DNA from: Balanoglossus misakiensis | Lineage: Eukaryota > Animalia > Hemichordata | Direction: 5' to 3' | Length of the DNA stretch: 64,000 bases | NCBI GenBank assembly: GCA_040954595.2 | Contig: CM082585.2 | Location: 7,279,808-7,343,807 of the forward strand | In this document: in pieces, positions 30,901 to 43,630 of the stretch | How the letters are laid out: every line of letters starts with the position of its first letter | Numbering within the stretch: the first letter of the stretch is position 1 | Notes under the pieces: generated by a model | Seen by the model: the letters and a program-made list of their open reading frames with translations, nothing else | What the model was told of the DNA's origin: nothing | The model's database searches: none | Program-made: the position numbers and the translations under genes

Positions 30901-33900
30901 GTATGAATGATACTCCAGCGGTGGACTGCAGTCACTGTGATTAACATGGCATACAATTGCCGTGCCAATCGGCTGATGCGAACTATTACATTTTTTTAGT
31001 GTTTTCAAATCAGAAGCGGTTAGAGAAGGGGGGTCAGTTGGATATCCGTAGGAGTTTCTAATCATAGACGGAATTACTCAGCGTTATAGTGAAGACGTGT
31101 AAGTTCAGCCGGAATTTCGGTGTCAGGGAGGAGATAAAAAATAAGTATTTGCACAGATAAATTTAATCTGCCATATAACACCAAGTGCAAGAATGGGGTT
31201 CCATGTCTAAGTAGGCATTTCTCTCTCCGCCACCGTTGAAGAACTTGCCAAGATATGCAATACCAGATGATTACCTCCTCCATAAAAATATCAGGCAATT
31301 TTATGTTTTTTTTCCCTGCACATCAGGAATATTTGTCATTGGCAATCAAAACTTGGCGACTTATTTTAATGTGATCTGGACTTCAAACGTATAGGCGGAG
31401 GAGTGCTTGGTAGTAAAAAAATTCTGAGCAATCTAAAATATGAGTGTGCAAGAAATTGTAATTTTAAATGACTGCTTCAAACTGATTTCTACAAGTAGCA
31501 AGCAGACTCTGTCAGGAAACTTGTAAAAGAATTGAAAATAAAAATTGAAAAGGTACAGCATATATAGTATATTGGATATCATCGCAAATTTTTTTGTATT
31601 TTTTGGTCACTCATATTTTCAAACATGAAACCTCTGCTTATGCAGCAGAGTTCACTTGACCAAGGTTGTCTGTTTTGGTGCAGAATTTTTTGAGGGACTT
31701 GAAAATTTGAAAGTCAGCAGTATGTATCAAATTAATCTAGCTGTGATGACAAGACTCACATGATGAATTTTTTATTCTATTTTCGACAAAGGAAAAAACG
31801 TTCCATTTGAGTTCTCTTTAGTGTAGTGTGGCATCCAGATATTAAACCAGCGATAACATTCTCATCCCGCAGGGGGAAAATGACAGTATTTATGCAGTGT
31901 TTGATGACTGACAATATTCTGTTTGGTTTTATAATCCTTGCAAGCCATACAGCGATATCACGAAAAAAAAAATGCTGGAAGTACCTAGTTGTGTAATAGT
32001 GATTGCCTGGGGTCGCAAAGCAAAAAAAAAATCAAAACTGTGATTTCCTAGTAATAGGAGGTGAATAACTACGTTTATCGTCGTGGAACTGGAGCTTGGG
32101 TGTTGCCGGGGCAACGATCACCGCATCATCAATATGTTGTCGCGCGACGAGTGCGGAGATACCCTACTGTTGCCGACTCCTGAGTAATTGTTCCCGGTTC
32201 TTTAATCGGGTGTGGAAATCAGAAATTGGAAATCCTTACTGACTGGAATTGCTTGACTTTTTTTTTTTCTTCTCCTCCCGTCTCTTAAGTGGCCGAGTAA
32301 AATGCGGGAGTTCATAATACTCAGATAGGTCCAATCACTGTTCATTAGAAACGAGGGAAAACAGTGTGTAGTAGCTGTTTTCTGTATTGATTGCACACTT
32401 CCTGCCGTGTTAGAGTTGCCACGTCCCCTCCGGCTACAGACAAAACTACGGCAAACTCACGACAATGAAATGAAATGGCTTTATCTTCCGCTTATCAGTG
32501 GCTGTGTTGCAAGTATTAAAGCCATGCATTGCCAGCATTTCTCGAAACGAAAAACATCTACGTGACTTCAAAAATTGTCCGAAAGTGCTGGCAAAGTTTG
32601 AAGAAAAAAAATGGCAATCACAAAATTACAGAGGGCATAATTTAGACTTGGTCTTATTTCCTGTTCATTCTGGCTGGAGGAGCTACAAATTGTATACTTA
32701 TTGATCCAGGATATGTTATATCCGAAATGTAAGATTTTGTGAGGTGCAATAAGAGACTCATTTTCATTGGCTGTTGCTTGCCTTTATACAGATCTGTTGT
32801 CCAATAGAAGTGTGTCTTGTATTGAACAGTAAAAAACTGATGTTTGAACACAGAAAAAAGTTTTTTTTTGTATATAGAAAAACTTATCTATCTTCTGTGT
32901 GATGTTGGAAAATTTATCTGTGAATGAATTAATCTCAGATAGTCGAGGCTGGGTGATCATGTTTGAATTATCAGCATTGCATTTCAATGGGACAGATTGT
33001 CGACATTCTCGAAACCAGCGGAGTTAAGTTTCCCCTGGTGAAATTGATGCAAGACTTTGTGGTCTCAAGGGAGGCCTTGCCGTCAATACTATCTCGCAGA
33101 TTAGCCTTTACTGCAACATTACGTGGGTCCCCGTCTGAAAAAATTAGCCGTTGATTCAATTGCGTCAATTGGGGAGAAACAAATTTTATCATTGCGCTGC
33201 CGTGAGTCTGGACTTTGGAATGAACTTACTCTCCATCAGACGTCATTTCCCTGTCGTAGTAGAAACAGCGGGCTTTATTTTAACGGTGTGAAGTAATGAG
33301 ACTTTTCTCAATTAACATCTAAATACACTGCAAAGCACATCAATTGCACTTTATAGGTTGTTATTCCAATTTGTGAAAACCTATCAAGACGGCACTTTCA
33401 TTTGATTAAGAGAAAGTGCCCACTTGTATGCAGGTGTTAGCTGTTCTCACCTGCCAGGGTGTTCAAAAAAACAGAGGTGTTAAACATTGTCGGCATACTC
33501 AGGCTTTGCACACACAAAAAATTATTCAGTATAAACTGCATTTAAATTTACCCAAGGGATCAAGTTCATACTCGGCCGATTATCATCTGCGGAAATCTCG
33601 GAAGGCTGCCTTTAAACTTAAAAGCGCCACCGACAAACTGCGAATTCTTTCCCGGATAATTGACGGGGAATAATCGGCTGTTAAAAGTGGGGTGACCTTG
33701 GCACACTGACTGGCAAGGGATAAGATGGAAGTCGAGTATATACTGATACAGGCAATGGTGGATTTGTTTTTAATGGACCGTTTTACAACAGCAGTGCAAG
33801 GATTTAAAAGAGTCAAGGCTGCGCTGAAATATGCCAGGGATGGTCTTTCACACCCCATAATGTCCCAAATCAAATTAGTCTTGTGGTTGATAAACTATGT

Positions 33901-36900
33901 AGTGAAGTTATAATGTAGGCATCTTTAAAGGGGCAGTGTCACTCCTCTTGTGATGTTAGCAGTTGCTTTTTTGTTTCATTTGAGAAGATTAGGGTAATTT
34001 TACCCAAACCTAATGTTATGAAAACCTGCTGATTTGGTCATCCATCCTGTAGCTACGTTCACCTCATCTGCAGATAAATCATGGATTATATAATTTATAA
34101 GTCTGGATCAGAAATTATGAAGCAAAAGAAAACAAAAAAGATTAAAAAGCTGACAAATATTTGTTTCCTTACAACTGCAGCACAGTTGCCATTCGATCTG
34201 TATTTTACATTCCTGCAATGATATCCCGACGTGACAGTTTGCATGAAAAAAAAAATAACCCTGTGATACTCGCACAGATACGGGTGTAACTGGAGAGTGA
34301 CTGTAGCCTTTGCAGTCGATTAATGCAGTCTGAGTATGGCTGATCTTTTAATCTGCAGTGTAATCGTAAAGGCAACTTTCGCGAGACTGACTGCCGGGAG
34401 TTGGCCGCATCTCACTTAATACTTAATCGACTTTGTTGGCCGATTAGAAGCGGCAACACCGTTTCGCTCCTGCCAACTCTCATACTTGTTAATTATTCAT
34501 CATATTCCTGCGCTGGGTTTAATCGAAAGAGGTCCTGTTTAAGATTCGGATCATGGAGGCTTTTGACTTGAGATGCCGGAAAGTTCAGCTGCAGTCGATA
34601 TCGCTGTAATCGCTGGCTGTCTCTGTAAAACCAACACTGAAACTGTGCATTCAGATCTCTGTCTGACTTGTCTTATTGGCTGGGTATAGTGCTGAGAATT
34701 GTTTTGTGTAGACTCATTATTTACAGTTCAGGCAAGGGTGGTGGTTGAAGAGAGCATTTAAATTCTGTGTGGATTTGAGGGTAGGGGTGCATGCATCAGT
34801 GGCATTTGGATACAAATGGAAGATCAGGATTTCTGTTAGATGAAAAATCTAATATTAATTTGTACTGTCGATGCTTATGTCAGATTTTAATATGACAATT
34901 GCGGTGTATAACGTCTGCTTCATTTTTATTAACTGACGGAAAAATGAACACTTTTGGCCGAGGTTGAGGGAGATATAATTAAACAGCATTTGACTGCTTA
35001 TTTGACCTGTGGCCATATTTTCTTATTAAGACCATATTCCGCGGAATATGCGGTGGAAATTTCTGAGATGGTGCTTGCTAATAGCAGTGTAACAGGACCC
35101 CAGGGCGAAGTGCCCATGCTGGTTTATTAGCAGTATTGATACAAGAAACTGTATGTATTTCGTTATCAAAACTTCCACGCGCCAGAGGCTACAACTTGGC
35201 CTGAATTGTAATACTCGCAATTTGCGACTGTGCGTGTGTATATATACTCGTGCTGTCGACAGAGTGTAAAGTTTGTCATAATTCACCGGAAGCAGCGTCT
35301 GTAGAAATTACCATGGCAGAAGCATCATAAATCGACAGATTAAAATCTGAAGGTGCGGCCAGTTGGCAACTGAGGCACTTAAAAATACAAGCAGTGTACT
35401 CGATTGCCAATTCACAATAATTTGGACTGACGCTGACATATTTAGAAAAAAAAATCCTGGAATTATTGATAAGAAATTAGCCGTTTGTCAGAGGAGAATC
35501 GCCACGGTGATGATACTCATTTCCCGTCATGCGCTCTGCTGACGACCTTTGCAGTCCCCGGTCTTCAAAGAAATCATTCATTTTTGTCAGAGGGCCACCG
35601 CCGGCATCGTTTGCTCTGACATTTCATCAGCCCTGCTGTTCACTAGATGTTACATATTTCATATTTGTTTAATAGAAAAGAAAGGAAATAGATGGGGGTG
35701 GTCGCGATGGGCCGAGTGCGGCAAACTCATCATTCAGAAATCTCTGATGATCCTCTCTCTCTCTCTTTATCTCTCTCTCTCTCTCCTCTGGTTGGCTGCA
35801 TCACTATTAAAGGGACAAAGTCTCTCTTTCTCTGCCCTTTTTCCATTAATTATATTTGATACAAGACACCGTTTATATTATTCTACATGCAGATATATAG
35901 TGAATCAACGTTCAACCACACACAACTTCCATCCCTCTTATAGACAGGAGAGTGAAAAAACTCGCCAAAATGAATAATCGGTGTCTACCATTTATTCATT
36001 TTGGCGAGATTCTTATTCTCATAACCTACAAACGGGATGGAAGTTGTGTGTGGTCGAACGTTGATTCACTATATATCCACATGTAGAATAACATGAATGG
36101 TGTCTTGTATCAAACATAATTAATGGAAAAAGGGCAGCGAGAGAGAGACTTTGTCCCTTTAATGCCCCATTCACGGTTCTCTGCACTGCACCTGTTGTTT
36201 GCATATTTCAGTCATGCCTTGGAGGTGCATAACTTATCGTATCGCCCTCCGACAAGCGTAACACTACGTTTTGAAGTCACACATGACTTAATAATGCTCT
36301 CGCCCAAGCTGCGAGCTGAAATGTCGTTTTCATTGCCATCAAGATGTGCATCCAGACAAGAAAAACTACTATCAGTGGCTGTAGGTACATTGGCAAGTTT
36401 GCTGACTGCTCAAAGTTATACCCCAGCAGGAATGGATAACGTTTTCATAGATGACTGCATACACTGCATACATTTTTATATTTCACTAATATTTATCTAG
36501 TTGTACAGTTGTTAGGTATAGGTTCATGTAGCATTTTAGCACAAGCTAGCACTGTTGAAGGTTAGATAACATTTAATAGCACTTTTCTGAAACAGGTTCA
36601 GATGCACTCATGCTGTTAAGGCTAATATCTTGCCACACGGAAACATATTCAGTCAGGATGAGCACTAATATTCGTTGAGCTATAAAAAGGTCGACATGGA
36701 ATTATTGATTTTTTAGTTAATATCCTGTATGGAGTTCACAACAAATGATTGGTGCTAATATAACAAGTTGGTGATGATAAAGTTTGTTTTTGCCTGGAGT
36801 TGAATGCATCTTGTCAGCGTCCTGGGCTTAGAGACTGTTGATATATGTAGACTCTATTAAAAGCCTCCACTCAGAACTTTAATATCGGTTGGCCAGCTGG

Positions 36901-39900
36901 GTTTTGATCTTATCCTCGGCAGAATCGTTAATAAATCAATAATGAGACGGGCATTGAAATGGAAGTGTTCTGATAGCCATCGCAAATTGTAGCAAAGTAA
37001 TGGAGTTTTACCCATCATTATGCATTGACTTCGGTTATCTCATCGTGCTGGCAACTGCTCGCTGTTGTTTTGACTTCAGTCAGGGAACCTCAATTTCTGG
37101 GGCACAGGGTGGCGATTTTTTTTTTTGGTTTCAAAACTTGGTTGAGTGACGTTTTATGCTGGCTGTGTCTCCCTGTAAATTTTAATATCGTTTTTTACTA
37201 GATCGTATAAATGGAGTGGAATTTTTATAATTTTCAGCTGTAGATCATTTTCAAGGCCTGGCTCATGTGTGTCATGTTCAGATTGACAGATGAAAATTGT
37301 GACAGTTTGGAAATGTCCTTCACTTTTTGTGTTTGCTGGTCTGCAGTCTCTACATGATATAAGGACTTTTGCTCTTAGCTGAGAAGTGAGAACCCTGATA
37401 GAGATGTTTAAATTCTAGATTCTTAGTTTTCTGGATTTTGAGAGAAAAAAAACGCTTTTAAAGTCTTTTTGACATGTATGTGCATATGAGCTAATGCTGT
37501 GACTCAGCGGATGTAGAACTGAGACCATGCTGTTTGTCTACACTGAAACGGAACCACTCTTTGACACAAAACGAAATCTCTAGATCAGACCCAGCGATAG
37601 ACCAACCAGCAGATAATTCAGCCGCAGTGTTTTGTGGAAAGTGATAAAAGTACACAATGGGTGTGAAAAAAGGTTAAGATACAGCACATTCATTTTAAAC
37701 CTCTGCCCCAGGGGGTATGGATGGGCTATGCATCTGTCTCGATTCTGCTATCTGCGTATGTGTGTCACTTTAACTGATAGCTGTTTTGTATTCACACTGA
37801 AGTGTGGGCAACCAAAGGAATGGGACGGCCCGTAATTCATACGGTAACGCACACTAAGTGGTAATTTTTGTCAGTTGTCTGAATAATGTAATGCTCAGAG
37901 ATTGTTGTTTGAATAATGTAAAACAGATCAGTACCTGTCTGTGTGGGAGTGGTGAATATGTTCGAAAGATGCCGGTCTGAAAAAAAGGGGTGGGGGGAAT
38001 CTGCCATAGAAATACAGGCAAATTTATGCACATGGGCAGAGATTGTTACTAATGCCATTTGTGCTAGAGGTGTGGGGAAATGTGCAGGCTGTGGGGATTG
38101 TGAACTTTTGAGTTGAAGAATGGAGGGGAGAAATTGCCCCCAGGGTAGGGGTGATGCCCTAGGGGTGGGGAATCCAGTGGTGGGGGAAATGGGATTATGC
38201 CTCAAGAGTATTAGGTAATGCCTTCAGGGGGTGTGGGGAAACTCTGGTGATAATGTCTGTATAATTTTACGAAGTCGTGGAAAATTAGGTTTCCAGCTGA
38301 GTGGCCAGGACCGATTGTATTTCGTCTCGTCTGGTCCTTTCAGTGATGGATAGTGACTGGTAATAATTTGGAGCATCTTCACATAATTCCTTGTCAATTC
38401 AGACATGCAATCTGGTTACAGTGTAAAACGCGGATAACACACTGTGTGTTCTGGTGGGAATCAGGATGGATGCATGCCATCTGATCCGGGGCTGGAATTA
38501 AGACTCCTGCTAGAATACATCCCTGCTATTCCAGAAATGTCCGCATATTGAAAAAGGACCGATATGTTGTCAATATTACGCATTAGTTCTGCAGGTGCCT
38601 GTACTTTTTTAATCTGGCCTTAGATTGTGTTGTTCACATCACGCATCAACAAACACTTGGAGACTTTACTCACTGCATTGGTGTTTTGCAAATCCACCAG
38701 GGCCCTGTGAAAAGATGTGCAGGTGGTGGTACGTTCGGTGAAAGATCACTCTCCCACAGGAGAATTATATCAATTTGGCTGAGAAATATCGATTGAAGTA
38801 TCAACCAAACATAAAAAGTAAATTTAATGCGGTGTAATTGCGTGTTGATGTTGAAAATCAAAAACATTTCCCTGTGATTGGGCTCAAAACATGTTGTGAT
38901 GATGTCTTTCCTATGTAAAAGAAAGGCACTTCCGTTTATAATCAAATTAAAGTTTAAAGCATCTGTCTTTGTAGATTCAGATACAAACGCTGTGGCAAAA
39001 ATGGTTAGCAAAAGTGAGAAGGGTGCAAATAACATCTACAAGATTAACTTTGCAGTTTGCCATGAACTCATATTTAATCTGGCCATAGAGGGCGTTTTTG
39101 CCAAAACAAGAGCAGCAACAAAAATTAATTTTGATGCAATATATATTTGTATATTTTCTCATTTGAGTCCCAAACCCTTGGGTCAGCGAATGGTGTTCAC
39201 AGTGGACCGCCAAGCCCTTAAAAGTTAAACTACCCAAGTCACATGACCTCTAAATTTATGGCGTAATGGCCTCCCACAAAGATGAATTGTAGACCTTTCA
39301 AAACTCAAATTATACGGTTATGTCCCTGCTTGAAATTCATACCGTAGCATCAAAAGTGCTCTCTCATAAATCCCCGGAGCCTGCACGATTTCTGTATGAC
39401 CTCCTCCGAGTCTCCTGGGACAGCCAAAACCCTATGCACTCGCGCATCTCATCATTCTAAAAGTCATTTCTAAATCATATCATATATTAAAAATATGAAG
39501 AGTTGAAATTTCAATTATAAGAAACAATAGTGTCATAATTATACTGTATCACTGCTTATAACATTTTTTGATTCAATATTTCATTTTTTAGTAATTAAAA
39601 GGACTGTTCACAGAGAAACTTGCAATCAGAGCTGACTATTATGATACAGTCAATTTTAATCGTCACAGACAATGTTCTGATAGCCCTCCATAGGTGCGAG
39701 TAATAGTTCTGAGATATCACGGTAAATTGAGCACATGATGTATTATAGGGTTATTGTTTGTGAGATGAAGTTTCCATGATGAACGCCGGTAACATTATTG
39801 AACTCTTTGAAGTGAACTTCGGTGGGTGTGGTAATATTGGGGTCTTTTCCCCTGCGTAATAATCAGACGTAATTTCATGTGCTTCGTGTAGTGATTGGAC

Positions 39901-40372
39901 TGCTGAACTATGGAGCTGTGGATAGGGGTGGATGGGGCGAGTAGTAATTGAGGGGCAATGACCGAATGGGAGAATGCAACTTACCCGCAAACTCGACTAT
40001 GATTCCAAACGGCATGACCAGTAGGGAGACCATGAGATCGGCGACGGCCAGCGACATCAGGAAATAGTTTGTGATGCTCTGTAGTTTCTTGTCGGTCATG
40101 ATGGCCAGGCACACCAGCACGTTCCCCATCACTGTGCACAGGATGATGGCGATGAGGAAGAGCGCGGGCCAATTGTTTTCCGATTCGGGCGCGCCCCCCT
40201 CCTCGTTGCTGTTATTGCCGTAGGTTGAATTTGCACTGGCGGACATTAGATCCATGTTTATTGTCACGGTGAAGACTCCATAGGCTTTGGTTAGCTCTCT
40301 TTCCATGAAGGCCAGCGAAGTGGCATTGTCGGTGGAAGCCATGTTGGTGCTGGTCTCGGCCATCACCTCCAT
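27959..40372 (-). CDS. HTR2: 5-HT2-type serotonin receptor (gene B), 493 aa, exons 40372-39985 and 29052-27959
   Basis: Exon 1: first ATG at 40372, NWPAL, TVMGNVLVCLA, KKLQSITNYFLMSLAVADLMVSLLVMPFGI, donor GCG G|gtaagt. Exon 2: ttttgcag|GA [79 protein letters not shown]. All are diagnostic of the 5-HT2 subfamily. Lengths 388+1094 = 1482 nt, in frame; the intron is 10.9 kb. Confidence 0.94.
29290..29530 (-). mobile_element. Possible degraded fragment of a Penelope-like retroelement RT C-terminal region
   Basis: Frameshifted minus-strand pieces (R)DAFNY, AQVHGSF and YFKISTN..FVYNNLFPKLISRGFKSADFNRFFSK..LCHKY resemble, from memory, the RDxFNF..YG.Y.SQL.RY..KL..RG(F/Y)....RFF pattern of such elements. 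Not verified by search. Confidence 0.3.
35811..36158. mobile_element. 348 bp foldback (palindromic) MITE with TTAA target duplication
   Basis: ttaa|agggacaaagtctctct.. and ..agagagactttgtccct|ttaa. The two arms of about 165 bp are reverse complements over their whole length, with a loop near 35978-35990. Confidence 0.9.
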
Positions 40373-43300
40373 GTTGAGAATCAAGACACAATAGTCAACT
40401 TATCCACTGCTCTTCCTTTATGTAAAAAACGAAAATCTTGTTTTTTAACACACACGATTTTTTAGTTATCACCAGCTCTGCTTACTTTGTATTACTGGAC
40501 AACATTCACTCAACATTCCGGCGCTGACAATATCTTATTCCATTCGCTGCACACGGAAAAATCGCCACTCCTTGCTTTGAATCCACAAATCTGCAATCAG
40601 CCCAAAAGTTGTGACATTTCCGGCACACACAGAAACCGGTCCAAAATCCGAGTCAGTTCCAGTCGATAAATCTTATCTCCTCCTCTATCCACTTTCAGTT
40701 ACAAAGTACTTTTTATATTCCACTTAGGATGACTTATCTTCTTCCTGTGCATGTCCGCATGCAGAGGGTTTCCCGAAATTCCAAGACCTAGTAGCGATCA
40801 GAGTTACACCAGGAGTTTCTGATCTATCGCTGCTCAACGGTTGAAAACCACAAACAGTTGTGGAGAGATCCCATGCCGGTGGCTATATTTTCCAAAACAA
40901 TGCACGCAGAAGTTATTGAGAGGGCTCGTCTCTCTCTCTATCTCACAGTTGACGTCTTCTAACTCGACGGACCACAGTGGCTCCACTTACCTAACCACTG
41001 CGCACACTTAGCATAACAAAATATCCCACCAAGTCAGGCCGGTTTGTCTTGAGGCAAGTAGTTTTTTCCACTCAGATTGTCTGAAGAAGATCTCACAGGC
41101 AGGTTGCGTATTCTTCCAAAGTGAACATCACGCGTGTTTCTTCAAAATCTGGCAAACCATTCTCCTTTTTCTCGAAGCAGCCAGCATCCACACACACAAC
41201 GCCTGTTTCTCCAGTCGCAAATTTTCAGCTCTGATTCAATTATCTGTATTCCGGATATCCGAGGTGCTAATGGTGCTCAGGTCAACTGTTTATCAGTCCT
41301 GTTAACAAAATGACCTGAATGCATCAGACGTCGTCTTCTGATTGAATCCAAGCAAACGTTTTCCTGAGATGCGTTCTCCGCTTATTCCCACAGCGCTCCG
41401 GGATTGTCTATCCCCCGTTCGCATTAAGATGTTCCAGATTCCGACAAGTTCCGGCGAAATCCCGGACAGAGAACTCTCCGTGCGTGGTGGCTGTATTGCG
41501 AGAAAAAAAAAGTGACAACTTTATCTGATTTTTTTTTTCTTTCACAAAAAAGAAATGTTTGATAGCGGCGTTTCTGTTTCAGCAAGCAGGCTACTTTGCT
41601 ACAGCATTGTTCACTTGACTGGGCATGTAATCACTTAGCATCGAGCGAGTACCAGCTGGCTACCCAGTTGTTATCTCAGCGGCAGAAACCATGGAGTGTC
41701 CTTAAATAACCTGTCGGGAGGCGACACCGTGACCTGCAGAAGTCAAAGAGATGAGATTGGTTGATCACGGGGCATTAAGTGATGCGGTTTATTCGCTGTG
41801 TATTGCCCATATCATAGCGGTGACCCTGGTATAATCAATTTACGTTACAAGCTAGCCAACATATAACCTTGCTTAGCCCCAGTTAGATTAGTCTGCCATC
41901 ATAAATGTATGTCTGCTGTCTCCTCTGCAGGAATAAAAAAAAATCACTTTTTTTAAGAAGAAGAGATAATTTATGAAAGATTTATTGATGGAGTCATTTC
42001 ACAGCATTAGATAAATCGTACACGCTCCGTAAATTGATGCCTGATAATTATACGGTGCGATCGATTCAGTATTTAAACAAATCTGTGATTTTTCCCACCG
42101 AGAGTTGGCATGCGCTTTTCCCATAAGGAAAGATTTTACGTGTTCCGAGCAGGTGGGCAACTGATAAACCCTGGTTAGCCGCTACTGCATAAAAGTTAAC
42201 ATGATGTTATCTGCCCCCGCGACCCTGTATCAGCAAAAGCACGTCAGAATAATCTGTAAAAAAATCAATGCGCAAAGTCTCGATCGCCAAGAGCCATTCT
42301 CAGCCAGTCATACAGAAAGAAATGTTCCAGACTGGTGGATGGATGGATGGATGGACGCTCGCACTGTACTGCGGCGGCCGAATATACAAGTAATCCAATC
42401 ACAGAGCCTCTTTAATAAGTTGTAAAACGGTCTCAATTTCCATTTCATGATTTTTACTGTGCAAAGCCGCAAAGTCGTGCGCAATCATATTTTGTTTTAC
42501 AGCGGCTCGTGTGACAGTGGAGATGTGGTAGCAACGACACGGATGCTGCAGTTGTGATCCGCGGCATGGTTGGGATGTTGATTTATGACATAAAGAGATG
42601 GAGTTATTTTGGTTTCATGGGGAAATATTTATATGTTTTTCTTTCCTTTCTGAATTGCATTGAATCACTGTTTGTCTGAATGATACTCATACAAACGTGC
42701 CTGATATCAATGAAATGATGCATTTGTATAAACAGCATTTTTGTTTCCGAAATTTAGACATTTATTTGGTTGATGATTGCTTTTATTTCCATAGACATAA
42801 AAACATATCTGATGTAGATAGTTTGGAAGTGGTTTGGAATGTTTCAGTAGCAGATATCAACAGAATGGATCTGCTCGTCAGTGGAATTCTCAGTGTGGAA
42901 GTGGCTGTTTTTCCAAAGGCTTCATGAATGGAAAAAATATGGCATTTCAGACTAAAAATGTATTGTGACATGCAAGGTGAACCAAGGGTAGTTGTCCTGT
43001 GGTATGACTCTTTGCATTACAGCTAGTCTCATATAATAAGAGATCAAAGCCAATGAGAGACACCGTCTTCCTGCTCGGAAATTCAATTCTATTCTGAACG
43101 CATTTAGCCATCAGACTGACAAGTCTTGGGATATCTTCCTTTTTCGCTCGTCTGTTACCGCTTTCAGAATTCCTCGTACGCTTCAATTTGCTCACACATA
43201 CCCCCTGAACTGTATGTCGTGCGTATTCGATTTCAAGACGTTCAGTCAAATAACAGCGAAGAAATTCCACAAAGTTGAAATGTAGTGCGACTCTTTTTTT

Positions 43301-43617
43301 TTCATTCTTGCGGTGCATCGTCTCTGTGAATGTCTAATGAGGTCAGGGGTCAGCCTCATTAGAGCGTACCCACAATAAACGTCTTTTTAAATGGAGTCTT
43401 TCCCCTCCATTCATTCCTGTTGGTGACACTGTAATGATGCCGTTAATTGTTACGGATATACTTTCGGTAAAGTTGAAAGTATTGTAATTTCTTTAGCAGA
43501 TGTTTGAATTCTCCTTTGTGTAAAAGTGTAAGAAATATCATGTTAAAATGTAGGCATCATTATGCTAGTTTATGAACTGTAAGGCTGCGCATTTTGTTGA
43601 TAAATGGAGAAAAAAAC

Positions 43618-43630
43618 TGCTGAGTCAGCA
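43618..43630. promoter_or_regulatory. Perfect palindromic Maf recognition element (T-MARE) TGCTGAGTCAGCA
   Basis: Exact 13 bp consensus with A-tract and T-tract flanks (aaaaaaac..tttttt). Confidence 0.5.

Noticed and set aside
35549-36204. Two similar ORFs on opposite strands (LKGQSLS..HNFHP)
   Set aside because: The similarity comes from the two arms of the foldback MITE.
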